The notes below the pieces were generated by a model. It worked only from the letters and a program-made list of their open reading frames with translations, made no database searches and was not told the DNA's origin. 64,000 nucleotides of DNA from the human T2T-CHM13v2.0 reference genome, Homo sapiens, in the NCBI RefSeq assembly GCF_009914755.1, contig NC_060926.1; one strand, written 5' to 3'. The translations under genes were made by a program, and so were the position numbers. Every line of letters begins with the position of its first letter. Position 1 is the first letter of the stretch. This document shows, piece after piece, positions 29,486 through 41,546 of this stretch.

Positions 29486-31771
29486 TTGTAAAAATACTCA
29501 GACTGTACAACTATTTTTCCCAGTGGGAAACAGAATGAGAAGAACACATTTTTATTTTCCTTAAAGCAGTTATACAAGAGTACCCAGCTACAGATAGTTA
29601 ATAAAACCTTTTTTGTTTTTTTGATGGTGGGAAATATTGATAAACTATCTCTATTATCTGTGACTCTTCTTAGGATTATGAAGCCTCACAACCATTTCTT
29701 TCCTTTGGAGTGTTTGTTCATGGTAAGCCTCAGAGTCAAAAAGTCAAGTGAAAAAGAATAAGGAAGTCCTATTAGATTTTAAGTAGAAAAAAATGTAATA
29801 GCCTCTTCATCTCTAAAATAGGGACTGTAATTCCACCTTCTCCAGTTCTCAGGGAGGGTGTGAAGCTCAAATGAGATAGCAAATATAAAGACCCTTTGAC
29901 AAACGTACACCTTTATGACAACAGTATTGTTCACATGAGACGATGGCCCAGAGAAATACCAGGTTTATACAATCCATACCCTCTGTAGGGTTTGGACACA
30001 AAATGAGAGGCTGCTGAGAAAAAAGGAACCAGTCTGGCAGAGGAAAGATGAGAAGTCATGTGGTTTGGATACCCAAAGGGAAAATCCATGGAGTAACAAT
30101 AGCAGGAAGACAGGCTACAGGTACTAAGAGCATCTCGTGGGTTCATGTCATGCACTTCCTTCTGCACAGCTGCGAATGGTCCTGCCCTTAGATGACCCTG
30201 TAGGGCAGATCAGTCTTCCCCTTTGGAGAGGGAGCAAAATATCACAGTAGTAGTTGCTACAGCAAACAAGTGACAAGTCTCTAGGGGGGAGTCTGAGGGG
30301 CCAGCAGGCAGCACATTCCAACCAACATTATCCTGCCATTGGAGCCACCTCTAAGCAAGCTGTGGAATGTGTGACTTCAAGGAAAGGATTAATGTGTTTA
30401 AAGGCCCAGTCAAGCCCACTGCCAAAAGATCTGTGAAAGAGCCTAGAAAACACGGAGGAATAACTGAAGGAGGATCCACTATGGGCGGCCTTGGCAATGT
30501 GCTATTTTCTTTCTGCTTTTCACTAGGTGTCTCAACAATTATAGACAAGGGGACACTGATATTTGATGCTTAACAGAGTTGTAAACAAGGTGAGAGATAT
30601 AAATACCTATGTGACTATTGCTGGCTAGTCAATTAAGAGAGAAGAAGGATTTGCAAAATGGGGTAATTTAAAATCTTTTCAATAGCATCGCCAACCAAAA
30701 TATCATCCCAGGGCAAACTCCCTCTAGCCTGTGCTTGAAGCCAAGTCTGGTAGATGCATTTGATCAGCCAAACCTATGGGTGTTAGAAGAATTGCAAATG
30801 GGCTCATTTGTTAAAATGGAAAATTGTGATTTAGTATCCCTGGACCTCGCCAGATTAGCAAATGAGAATGCTTTCTAATGATAAATTATGCTAATTTGGG
30901 TTTTGTTGATCAAGTGAGATGTTACTCTGTATTTTACAACCAAGTCTGACAACAAGAGTTACTGAAGAAGTTCAAATCATGTTTTTGGGGAGAATTGCTG
31001 CCAGGACTCCAAACAATTCAGCAATAACAGTTGCCTCAAATTTCCTTTTAATAAACAAAGTTATTTTGGCATGTTATGCTGTGTTCCTTGTGGATTTTTG
31101 GAAATCACTCCTAGCTTATTCAGAAAAACTGCTTTGTAAGAGCTTGTGAATATCAGTACATGGATGATACACAAAATATAATAGAACACACTGTTTATCA
31201 CATGCAATTTCCAAAGGTTGTTTTTTCTACTTTTAGGAGAAATAAATGAACATTATAGAAGATACAGAAATTAAAAAAATAGCAAAATTAGTATTCACTT
31301 GGTAGTAATAAAAACCCAACTCAAATCAGCTTAATTGGCTCACAGAATGAAGAAAGTGCAACTGGAATGGATTGACTTCAGGCATAGCTGGTTCCAGGAA
31401 TTCAAGTAACACTCCTGAGTCATACACTGTGGAAGAAGCAGACAAAAAATGTCTACACCTCACTACAAATAGCCAGAAACAAAATTATGGCCAATATTCC
31501 TATTACTCAAAACAATCAGATTTGATATTTTGGTATATTTTCTCTCAGTCTCTTTTTCATGAACTTTTTACCTTGTTCAAATGTAAATTTTAAATCAAGC
31601 CGGGTATTGCACCCTAGAAGGGCCAATGAAGACATGAATATATTTTCATCAGCTTCATCACAATAAGTAACCACTGTACTGACATATCACTCACTGTCCT
31701 TGCAGGAAGGTGTCCAGGAGGGCATCTTTGCAATGCCTGCTTAGACTCTCCACAGCTGCCATTCTACAGTG

Positions 31772-31974
31772 ACAGTACCATCTAAGATAACTTTCTGCAA
31801 TGATGGAAATGTTTGATGCTTTTGCTTCCACTATGATAGCCACAAGCCACATGTGGCATTAAGCACTTAAAATATGGCTAGCACCACTGAAGAAATGCAT
31901 TTTTAATTTTATTTAAGTTAATTTTAACTTAAGTAGACACATGTGGCGAATGGCTATCATATTGTACCATGCAG
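31772..31974 (+). mobile_element. MER3-like hAT-Charlie DNA transposon fossil
   Basis: aactttctgcaatgatggaaatgtt...agccacatgtggc...agacacatgtggcgaatggcta. Confidence 0.85.
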
Positions 31975-32117
31975 GATCTACACAACAAATTACATGAGTA
32001 GAAATCACAGCTAAAAGATGAATACACATCAACCATACCCTTCCAGGGATAAGGGAAGCATTATGGGAGGATTAGGTCAAACAAGTCCAATTAAAAGACA
32101 CTTTAATAAGCTTTAGC

Positions 32118-32464
32118 TTCCTTAGGTAAGGAATAAAACAGGAAATAACTTGCAAATCAAGATAGTGCTTAAAAGCCTGCTGATTTTTCCAAGAATTCTG
32201 CCCTGTATCAGAGAGAGGCAAGCACTTATGAATGGCATGAGGTACACAGGGAGACAAATACTTTGGCTTGCACCTTCTTACCTTCCTTAAGCAAAGCCCT
32301 TTATTCTGGTGCAGGCCAAAGTATTTGTCTCCCTGTGTACCTCATGCCATTCATAAGTGCTTGCCTCTGTCTGATACAGAGCAGAATTCTTGGAAAAATC
32401 AGCAGGCTTTTAAGCACTATCTTGATTTGCAAGTTATTTCCTGTTTTATTCCTTACCTAAGGAA
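32118..32464. repeat. Long near-perfect inverted repeat (157-bp arms, 33-bp spacer)
   Basis: 32118-32274 is the reverse complement of 32308-32464 with 3 mismatches and no indels; also visible as two near-identical ORFs on opposite strands. Confidence 0.98.
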
Positions 32465-33442
32465 TGTAAGAAGGAGCCTGTCTGGATCATAGACTATGTC
32501 TATGAATTCCCACAGCTGAAAAAAAATAGCTAATAATAGTAAGTTGTGATCTTAGGATTTTTGCTGAAACAGAAATGTGTAAGTATAATGTCCATGACTC
32601 TGCTTTCTTCCACAATTTCTTTTTCTGTTAGTAAAGGTTTCCAGTCTTTTGGCAATTAAAATAGAGACTCTATTACTGTCACTGTGATATTTATTTCATC
32701 AGTGTCAGGGTTGTAAATACCCTGTGATGCAGCAGAAGACCTTAGCCTTCAAGGACTGTCGAACGCAAGGCTTCAACAGTAACTATATGATCCAATATGT
32801 TAATCTCAAAGATGCCATAGCAAAGCCACTTCAAGAAGATCCATGATAATGTGAAATCTGTTATGTGCCTTCTGTTCTAGATTTCAGGCTCTTAAAAGAC
32901 AGGGATCCATCTGTTCACTGCAAAAAATGGTACTCTGGTCAGTAGGTCCAGCAGGAGCCTGAAGGCAAGGCTGTCTGGCTCTGAAGACAGCCTGCTTCCT
33001 GCCTGTCATGTCTTCTCCTGCATGACTTTGTACTGCCAGCATTGGGAGGAGCAAAAAATCAATAGAATGTTCCTCTCAAGAATGCAACATAGGGGATTTA
33101 ACAGCCTTCATTCCTTTTTTTTTTTTCTAGCATCCTCAGCCCCAGCATGCTCCTAAAAGCCAGCACTCACAAGGTCTATTTAATGACAGTTTTGATTTTT
33201 TTGCTTTGAGGATCTTTTCAGCCATAATGTGAGGGATATCTGAAGGGTTTCAGGTACATGTTGGTTACTTGTACACAATGTTACATTGCCCAGTTTGCTG
33301 GGCAAGTCTCTTCTGGGTGCAACTCATGCTTGCCTTTTATTGGTGTTCCTGCCAAGAGAAAACCAAATCACCCCCTCTCCACACACTAAGCCTCATTCTT
33401 CAAGTCTACAATGGAGATAATCATACCACCCATCTCTTAGAA

Positions 33443-33632
33443 CAGAGAGGTTGGCAAACTATGGCCCTTGGGCCAAATCTTGTCACCATGGGCCAAATCC
33501 AGCCATGCCAGCTCATTTACATATCGTCTATGGCTGCTTTGTGCTACAGAGTCAGAGCCAAGTAGCTGTGCTAGAGACCACGTGGTCTGCAAGACTGTCT
33601 GACCCTTTACAGGAAAACTTTGCTGCCCTTGT
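33443..33632 (+). mobile_element. MER58-like hAT-Charlie element nested in a MIR
   Basis: ggttggcaaactatggccc...ggccaaatccagcc...ccctttacaggaaaactttgctg; MIR halves on both sides. Confidence 0.85.
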
Positions 33633-33769
33633 TGTGAGGACTGAACAGAGATGGCACATGGTAAATGCTCAATATTAACTGCTAATACTACTATTATCAG
33701 CCTCCTCTTGCATCCTGAGTCTTTGTCCTTTCTTCTCTGTTTCCCTAATTTCATCCTTTTGAAATAGGA

Positions 33770-34115
33770 AAAATCAAAGTGTTTTTCCTACCCTGATCCT
33801 CAATACACTCAATACAATACTGAATATTTCGCCTCTAGTCACCAAATCGTGTATGTGTGAATTTTTTCACACACACCAAGCAACTCCGCAGCAAACACCA
33901 ACTGGGTGTCCTATAGTTTAATTCATTTCTGGTACTATCTACCTGGTGATAGTGTCAGATCCCACAGGTTAAGGGCTCAGTTCCTCAAGACTACTTACCC
34001 GCATCTCAGAAGCTGATCACAATACAAAAAGACATACATAAGAGAGTTCATGAGTTTTAGGAGCTGTGTGCCAGGGCCCAGGGACAGATACCAAATATAT
34101 GTTTATTGTATCACA
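33770..34115. mobile_element. MER21-like LTR fragment, internally deleted
   Basis: acaccaactgggtgtcct...actatctacctgg...tcagatcccacaggttaagggctcagt. Confidence 0.7.
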
Positions 34116-36093
34116 GTATCACACATCCCTTGTCCCAAATTTAACTTTTTCTTTTCTCTCTCCTCCCCCATTGTTGAACATTCTTCTTGCTGTAGGTTTC
34201 AGTTCTATTCTTTCTCTTCAGATCAGAACTACTCTGTCAATCTAGATTCTCTGACTCCAATGGAGGGTGCTTCCCTTTATCAAACAGGCTTTGGGGTTCC
34301 CTCACTTCTGCTGAAGCCATGTCCCTATCCAGCCACCTACTGCTTTGGCTTAAGCTTCTTGGGGATGTGAGCAGGGCTAATTGCTATATATGGTTATGTA
34401 GGTTGGACATGGCTCAGCCATGCTCAGTGGCTCTGCAGAGCACATGGATACCAGCCTCAGGCTCCCTGATTGCCCCTGCTTTGGTTTCTGCCTAACTTCC
34501 TGTCTGTTCTCTTACTTGGAAAGCAAAGCTTTATGGCCTCTGTTGACCTTGTTCCTTAACCATGAGCAGCTACCATGTTTTCTTTCAAAAGACCTGCTTT
34601 ACCCTTCCAAGCTGAGAGCCTTCTTAGAAGAAAGCATGCCCAGCCTAAATCTTACCTAAGTCAACTTATGTCATAGGGGTAAAAACTCTGCCAGGGGAGG
34701 AGGGAAAGGCAGTTGAGACCTTTTATTTGTTTCTCAAGAGCCCCTTTCTCCAGGACACTGGCCCAGAGAGGATTGTTGTGTTTCAACTATGTTCTTGTTG
34801 AAACATAGAGTGTCCCTCTATCTAGAATGTGAAGAGGAGAATTGTGAGAGAAGTAATCAGTCGCCAAGAACATTCTCAGGATCTCACTGATATAATCCTA
34901 CATGTGGAGTTATCTATGGTATATACCTGTGTATTTTTGTATTTCATAATCCCAAACCATTTCTGGAACATGCCTCAGTTTAACAGGCAAAGGGACATAT
35001 GAACTCTAATCTACATATTGTCTATTTCACCCCCATGGGTCAGAATACAGTTTACATTTTTTTTCCACCTGTGTTTGGGCACAATAAAGATTTTGGATAG
35101 TGAGGTGTCTCCTTGATAAAACTAAAGATGAGCTTACTGTTCCTGGTCACACAGGTTGGGGTTTTTGACAAGTCAACTCTTGGACTTATGATAAAGATGT
35201 TATTTTGCAGCAGTTTTTTCCAACTGGAATGTGCACTGGTAGCTGTGGGTGGAGAGCTGGTGAAGAATCACCTGGAGGAGTTTTGCAAACTCTCCATGGC
35301 CCTCAAAGATTTCAATACACCTCAATTCCCATGTACCCCTTCTTATGTGGAAAACCCTTTATAGATGAATGAAATACCAAGGAGTAAGTCTGTGGAAAGC
35401 TAAGGTTTGCTTTGGGCAGCTCTGGGTTACCAGAGGGTGTTTTAATATCCAATCAGTCACTTTGTTTGCTCAAGAGACCCTATCCCCAGTGCAAAGATGA
35501 CAAAGAGAGACTAAAGAGCTCACAGCCATCTTCCAAGCCCATTTTGCCTTTGTTAAGGCACTTTCAAAACAACAACAAAAATCTTCACATTATAAAATGC
35601 AATTGGATTCAATTGTATTAAAATTTGTTGAGTTCCAACTCAAACTGTCCTAGGCCCAATTAGACATTCAGAGAAAGTAAGACATGACTCAGCCCTCAAG
35701 GGATCTGCAAGTGAATTGAAAGCTATTCCCAGTGGGAGATTTTCCTTCCTCTTCTAAAAGCCATATGTTGAATTGTGGAGAATTTTTTTTGAAGATTCTA
35801 ACACAGTATATATTAAAGATAGTTTGCTTATGAAAAGCACACAAATTGGCAGTCTTATGAATTTTCTCTAAAAGGACTTTCCTCTTTTAAGAAACTCTGA
35901 AACCTGACCCCATACAATAGGAAGTTTGACATAACCAATCATTAGTCCTAGATAATCTGAATCCAATTTTGGTCTATCCAAGTTGCAGCCAAAGCTTCCA
36001 TCCTCTTAAATTCTTGAATAAGACAACTCTAGAAGTTTAATAAAGAAATAAAAATTGGTCTCAGTCCCCACAAAGCCTATAGTGATTTCTACA

Positions 36094-36454
36094 TGTATTA
36101 GTCTATTTTCACACTGCTGATAAAGACATACCTGAGACTGGGCAATTTATAAAGAAAAAGAAGTTTAATGGACTCACAGTCCCACATGGCTGGGGAGGCC
36201 TCACAATCATGGCAGAAGGCAAAAGGCACGTCTTACATGGCAGTGGGCAGGAGACAATGAGAAACAAGCAATAGGTGAAACCCCTTATAAAACCATCAGA
36301 TCTTGAGAGACTTATTCACTACCATGAGAACAGTATGGAGGAGTCTGCACCCATGATTTAATTCTCTCCCACTGGGTCTCTCCCAAAACATATGGGATTA
36401 TTAGAGCTACAATTCAAGATGAGATTGGGATGGGGACACAGCAAAACTATATCA
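36094..36454 (-). mobile_element. THE1 (THE1B/C-like) MaLR solo LTR
   Basis: tgtattagtc...gataaagacatacctgagactggg...ggggacacagc...tatca; 5-bp TSD CTACA on both sides. Confidence 0.95.
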
Positions 36455-36584
36455 CTACATATTGAATATATATGCTTTTTCTCCAATTAGATTGCAGGTC
36501 TTTGAAAAGGAGAATTACATCTTTGTATTCCTTTGTTTGCTCCCATCTTCCTGAACACTCCCAAACTCTTAGCATATATTTCTT

Positions 36585-36825
36585 AGTAATAATAAGATGC
36601 ATGAGTATTTAATATTTGCTAGGCACTGTGTTGAGCAGTTTACACGCATTACTGCTTTTATTCCTTCCAATCACCTTTGAAGATATGGAAACTGAGGCTT
36701 AGAAAGGTTAAATAAGTTGCACCAAAGCACAAAGCTAAGAAGTGGCAGATGGAGGTTTTGAACCTAGGAAGTCAGAGCCCAGATCCCAGAGCCCAGCACC
36801 CACATGTTGAAACACCATGCTGCAC
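36585..36825 (-). mobile_element. MIR SINE
   Basis: ggcactgtgttgagc...ggaaactgaggcttagaaaggttaaataagttgc...ttgaacctagg. Confidence 0.85.
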
Positions 36826-37499
36826 ACTCTCCTTTGCTGCTCTCTCAACTAAGCTAGTCAAATGCCACAAATAAATGATGCTTGTGTCTGAACACTTCTC
36901 CCCAGGAATATTTGAGAGACATCAGCAATGAGCTTCTATGATGTTATAATTAACCATCTGCAGCCTCTCTGTGCAACCCATTAAATGTCTGCCTAAATCA
37001 GCTCCACATGTTCTATTGGGAAACGGCTCTACAGTATTTTTATGAGATTTACTTTTGTCCTTCCCAATTCAAGAAGGCAAATCACTCACAATCTTCCTTT
37101 CATAGATAAATAAAGGGCATAGGAAAAAGAGTAGGTCACCAAAGTTTGGGAAGGAAGTCAATGGGAAACCAAGGTTTGCCTCCTCAGCTCTTGGGTTCTC
37201 AGCAGTCTCTTAATTCAGGCTTCCCCTCCACCCTCAAAAAAGACCTCCAGGTATGTAATGGTGAAAACATAGGTGTATAAGACCATCCCTAAAGAAGCAA
37301 GATAAAGCCATGAGAAAAAAATGTAACAAGATAAAGCTATGTTGAGGAAATTACAAGTCACTCACTAGTATATCTATAAAAATGTTTTAATGCATTTATC
37401 TATGTATAGCAATTATGTTTACTATTCTTGGGATGCTGATTCCATGATCGCTGTTTGTGTTAATTTAGTTTCTAATAGATAATTCAAAATGAGTTGTGG

Positions 37500-37630
37500 A
37501 GCTGGGCACAGTGATGTGTGCCTATAATCCCAGCCATTAATAGTTGGGAGGCTGAGGCAAGAGGATTGCCTGAGTCCAGGAGTTTGAGGCTGGCAACATA
37601 GTGAGACCCTGTCTCTTAATAAATAAATAA
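37500..37630 (+). mobile_element. FLAM_A-like Alu monomer
   Basis: gctgggcacagtg...ggaggctgaggcaagaggattgcctgag...gagaccctgtctc plus (aata)n tail. Confidence 0.85.
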
Positions 37631-38956
37631 AGTTCTAAAAATCCCCTTTTTTTTTCTTTCAAAGAGACATGTTGTAAATCTGTTTTCTAGTGATTTCTTG
37701 CATATATTGGGAGATTTTTGAAATATATTGTCCATTACACCAAGTTAGAGACTGTTACTTATACCACATTCTTTGCAACATATTCTTTTTGCATCTCATT
37801 TAGACGTATTACTCGTACAACCCGACTATCATCTGATTTAGAAGGCCTGTGTTGAAATGTAGAATATGGAAATCCTAGAAGAGGAATGATATATTTAGGG
37901 TACTTTAAACAGTGTTAGGTATATTTAGTATAACCACTTAATGCTGTTTTGGATGATTTATAGTCTGGGCTATGCTATGTTTCTCAGAAATTATTCCAGT
38001 TACATTTCAAAGTTTAATTTGAAAAATATTTTAAGAAGTACAAAACAAACAGAGGCAGGTCCAACTTTTCTTGGATTGCTGGAGCAGTAATAACAAGGAC
38101 ACTGGTACAAATTCTAGGCACAAAATGGGCTCTATCACTGTCTCCACCACTTTGTAATTTTTTACTATCTCTGGTGGTAAGAGTAAGAAGACAAGTTGCT
38201 GAATTTAAATGTCCCTCAGTAACTGGAACATTGCATTCTAATGCATTTTGATGAGTCAGATTAGTTATTTATCACATAAGTGGGTAATGCAAGGAAATGT
38301 ATTCAGTCCAGAAAATTAATCCAGGCAGCCAGCTATGAGCAAATGAATGAAAGTGACCAAGAGCAGGTCGGGACAGAAAGCTGAGAGCAACATACTCTTA
38401 AGGCTATTCAGTCACCAAATCCTTTTAATATTGAGTAATAGGTTTAAGAGGTTGAAATCTCTACTGTTTTGTGAAGATGGCAGAAATCCTTCCTTCTTTA
38501 GGAAGAAATTTAAAAGCAAAGATGCTGGAGTGAGAAGACTTTATATATTTTACTCCTTCCTTGAGTGTACATGTCTCACCTCTAGGACATGTGGATTCCA
38601 CTTATCTGTGGAGAGAAGGGGTTGGGGAGGCTTCATTGCCAGCAAGCTGTGTATTAGAGATTGGGAGGGTGTTTGGATTCCCTGATACAGCTGGCTGGGG
38701 ACCCCTTACCTTGGAGATAAACAGGAAAGTGAAAAGTCTGGGCTAAATTTTGCTCTGTCACTGGTCAAATTTCTCCCAGAGTTGAAAATGGCATTGCTCT
38801 TCCCAGGCTGTTGAAATGAGATAATGTCACATCCTGAATGAGATCACTAGGTCATAATCTCCTCCTCATTGTGATTTTCTTGGCATGTCTGAGAATTACT
38901 GGGTGAAGGGGGAAAGGATGAGCATGGATTGAACAAAACCATTCCTTTAATTAAGC

Positions 38957-39055
38957 TCACAGCCTTGTCACCTTCTGCTCTGATCTCATCAGATCTCAGC
39001 AACTAAGCGGGGTCAGGCTGGGGGTGTCAGTGAATGACTCTGTATCGGTGGCATG
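38957..39055 (+). mobile_element. 5S rRNA-derived relic (AmnSINE1-like head or decayed 5S pseudogene)
   Basis: acagcc...tgatctcatcagatctcagcaactaagcggggtcaggc aligns to 5S CGATCTCGTCTGATCTCGGAAGCTAAGCAGGGTCGGGC. Confidence 0.65.
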
Positions 39056-40479
39056 TACCATTCAGTTGAAGCCTTACACCTTCCAGGCAGGTGTGTGCTG
39101 CTCTGTGGGCTTTGCAGTAAGGCACATTAATAAGGCGACAATCCTAATGTGCTTTGGGCTCTTGGAAAGGTTGGCATGACATAAATGAAGGTGTTTCAGT
39201 TTCTCTTACCCCAATTAAGAGACCCCTGGAGACAAAGCTTCTTTCACAAAGTCAGACACAACCTGTAGTCAACTGAGAGAAATTCCAGCCTTCTCAGATG
39301 TTGGGAGGGTGGAAATGATCATCAAGATTCAGTATTTAGGATATCACTTTTGGCAAACAAATCCCCACTCCTGGCCAAGGAAATGGTTGAAGACAGGAGG
39401 GTTTAGGGCTCTATGGTAGGTTTTGATCGCTTGGATGGTGACAGAAACATGCTGAGACTGACTGTGGCAATTGCAGATCTCATTAACTGGTTATGCTACT
39501 ATGATGATATTATTACTGCCGTGTCCACCTACCAGAGCTACCTTCTCTTCAGACAAAGAATCCTCTACCACAGCCAGCTGTGGCTTTGGCCCTAACCTCA
39601 GCAGGGAACCCAAGTGACTGTTCGTCACCTTCTGCTTGGCTAGAGGCAGATCTAGCAGCAAACGATGCCTATGTCTTAGCCTCCATGTCCAAACACTGGG
39701 ATGTCGGTGCAAAGGTAATCGTGGGGAAAACAAGACCATTACTGAGAAGAAAGAGCAAGAGTTAGCATCTGCCCCAGTCCTGGGAAGCATTGGCCAGCTT
39801 CTCCAGAACTTACCCTCTCATGGTAAGTTCACTGCACCTCCATGTCCTGAGACCTTCTACATGGCTGGCTTCATCATCTCATTTCATCTGTTACCTCTGC
39901 AGATTTCTGGAAATAAAGTCCAAAGTAACAGTCTATCCTTTCTGGACTGACTTTCAATCCCTTTTGTTCCTGTTGGGGAAAATGGCATGCATTGGCATTT
40001 CGGTTAGTAAATAGCCTTACCGTTGATGCCCATGCATTCCTGGAGGGGAATGAGGAAAAAGAGGCCAGGTGGAAGGGAACAAATGGTGGATTGTGATTCC
40101 AAGACACTGTGTCCCAACTTTATCTCAGAATGGTCCACCAAGATACCATGTTTAGACCAACTATAAAGCAAGTGAAGACACCTGTCATTTTATTATTTCA
40201 TTTAATTGCTCCTGGTTCATTTCTATGCTGCCTTACTTTCACCGCAGGCTTCCCTCATGATTTACCTTTGGCCCTTTGGCTGCAGTTGCCAGAACCTGGA
40301 GAGAGTAGCTTTAGAGAGAAGGCTGTCCACCAGGAGCCAGGCCTTCAATCTAGGAATACAGCGTCTCCAAACTGTGGCTCTGGATCGGCAGGATGAACTC
40401 TTATTCTGGAATTTATTTCCAGAAATCTGGAGAGGTAAAGGGTGAAAAGAGATGATAATGATGAAACTGGTCATGACAT

Positions 40480-40655
40480 AGAGAATAAATAACAATTCTC
40501 CATCTCTTCTTACTCTCTCATCTCCTGACAGTGACCTCCACTGGCCAAACCCAACCCAACACCCAGCGGGAAAGGGAGCCCACTATCCAGACTCACCCTC
40601 ATGGGGCCTAGAGCAGGTGGGGAAATAGGTCTAGGTGCAGACGGAGAATATCAGA
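40480..40655 (-). mobile_element. Old ERVL/MaLR LTR fragment (LTR33/LTR41-like)
   Basis: ccactggccaaacccaac...gggaaagggagccc...gcagacggagaatatc. Confidence 0.55.
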
Positions 40656-41306
40656 AGAGTCTCCACTCTGTTGACTGTTTTGTTAGTTTGTTTGATTTTT
40701 GGATCTGCTCAGAGATCCAAAGGGTTACGTTGAAAGTAAACACAACCCAGGACAGGAGGACAATTTTTACTCCTCCAAATAAGTGTATAGGTTTAGCATA
40801 CGCTCCATCAAAAGCCCCCCAGAACTGAGTCAGGGAGAGAGAGGTGCACTCTATAAACTTAGCCTTTGGTCTTCAGAAGTATTTCATTCTAACACAAGTT
40901 TGCCTACAAAGCTGCTTTTACATTTTAAAAAGTCCCCAGTGTATGGCCACTAGCTCCAGATGTGTTAATAGCGCCAAAGCAGCTCACAACAGGCTCCTTG
41001 AGTTACTGAATAACAGAACTCAACAGGCAGCTAAGCCTTCCGACCACACACTTTCACCTTTACATGCTCTGAGTCAGCTTTCAATAGGCATTAAATTCTC
41101 CCTTTGTTTTCATTCCTTGCTGCCGTAGCTCTAGCAGGGACCTGTGAATAGCCGGGCTATGCTAAGTACCCTTAAATATAGGTCTTTGAGAAATCTCTGT
41201 GTATATGTGAGTTCCATACATAAGTAATGTCCAAGGAGGAGGTCAAAACACTGAAATATTGAAATAAAAATCAGGAGGCTTTAGTCCTACTCCTGGTCTA
41301 TAAATC

Positions 41307-41546
41307 TTTTTTTTTTTATACTTTAAGTTTTAGGGTACATGTGTGCAACGTGCAGTTTAGTTACATATGTATACGTGTGCCATGTTGGTGTGCTACACCC
41401 ATTAACTCGTCATTTAACATTAGGTATACCTCCTAATGCTATCCCTCCCCCCTCCCCCACCCGACAACAGGCCACGGTGTGTGACGTTCCCCTTCCTGTG
41501 TCCATGTGTTTTCATTGTTCAATTCCCACCTATGAGTGAGAACATG
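41307..41546 (-). mobile_element. 5'-truncated L1PA 3' end (~240 bp) inserted in a MIR
   Basis: Poly(T)-atactttaagttttagggtacatgtg...cccacctatgagtgagaacatg; TSD ggtctataaWtctt. Confidence 0.95.

Noticed and set aside
32072-32492. Two near-identical ORFs on opposite strands as duplicated genes
   Set aside because: They are a by-product of the inverted repeat
39350-39770. Possible decayed pseudogene or gag-like sequence (DRLDGDRNML faintly resembles PEG10/RTL FDGNPDML)
   Set aside because: The similarity covers only a few residues and does not extend; it would need a tBLASTx or HMM hit
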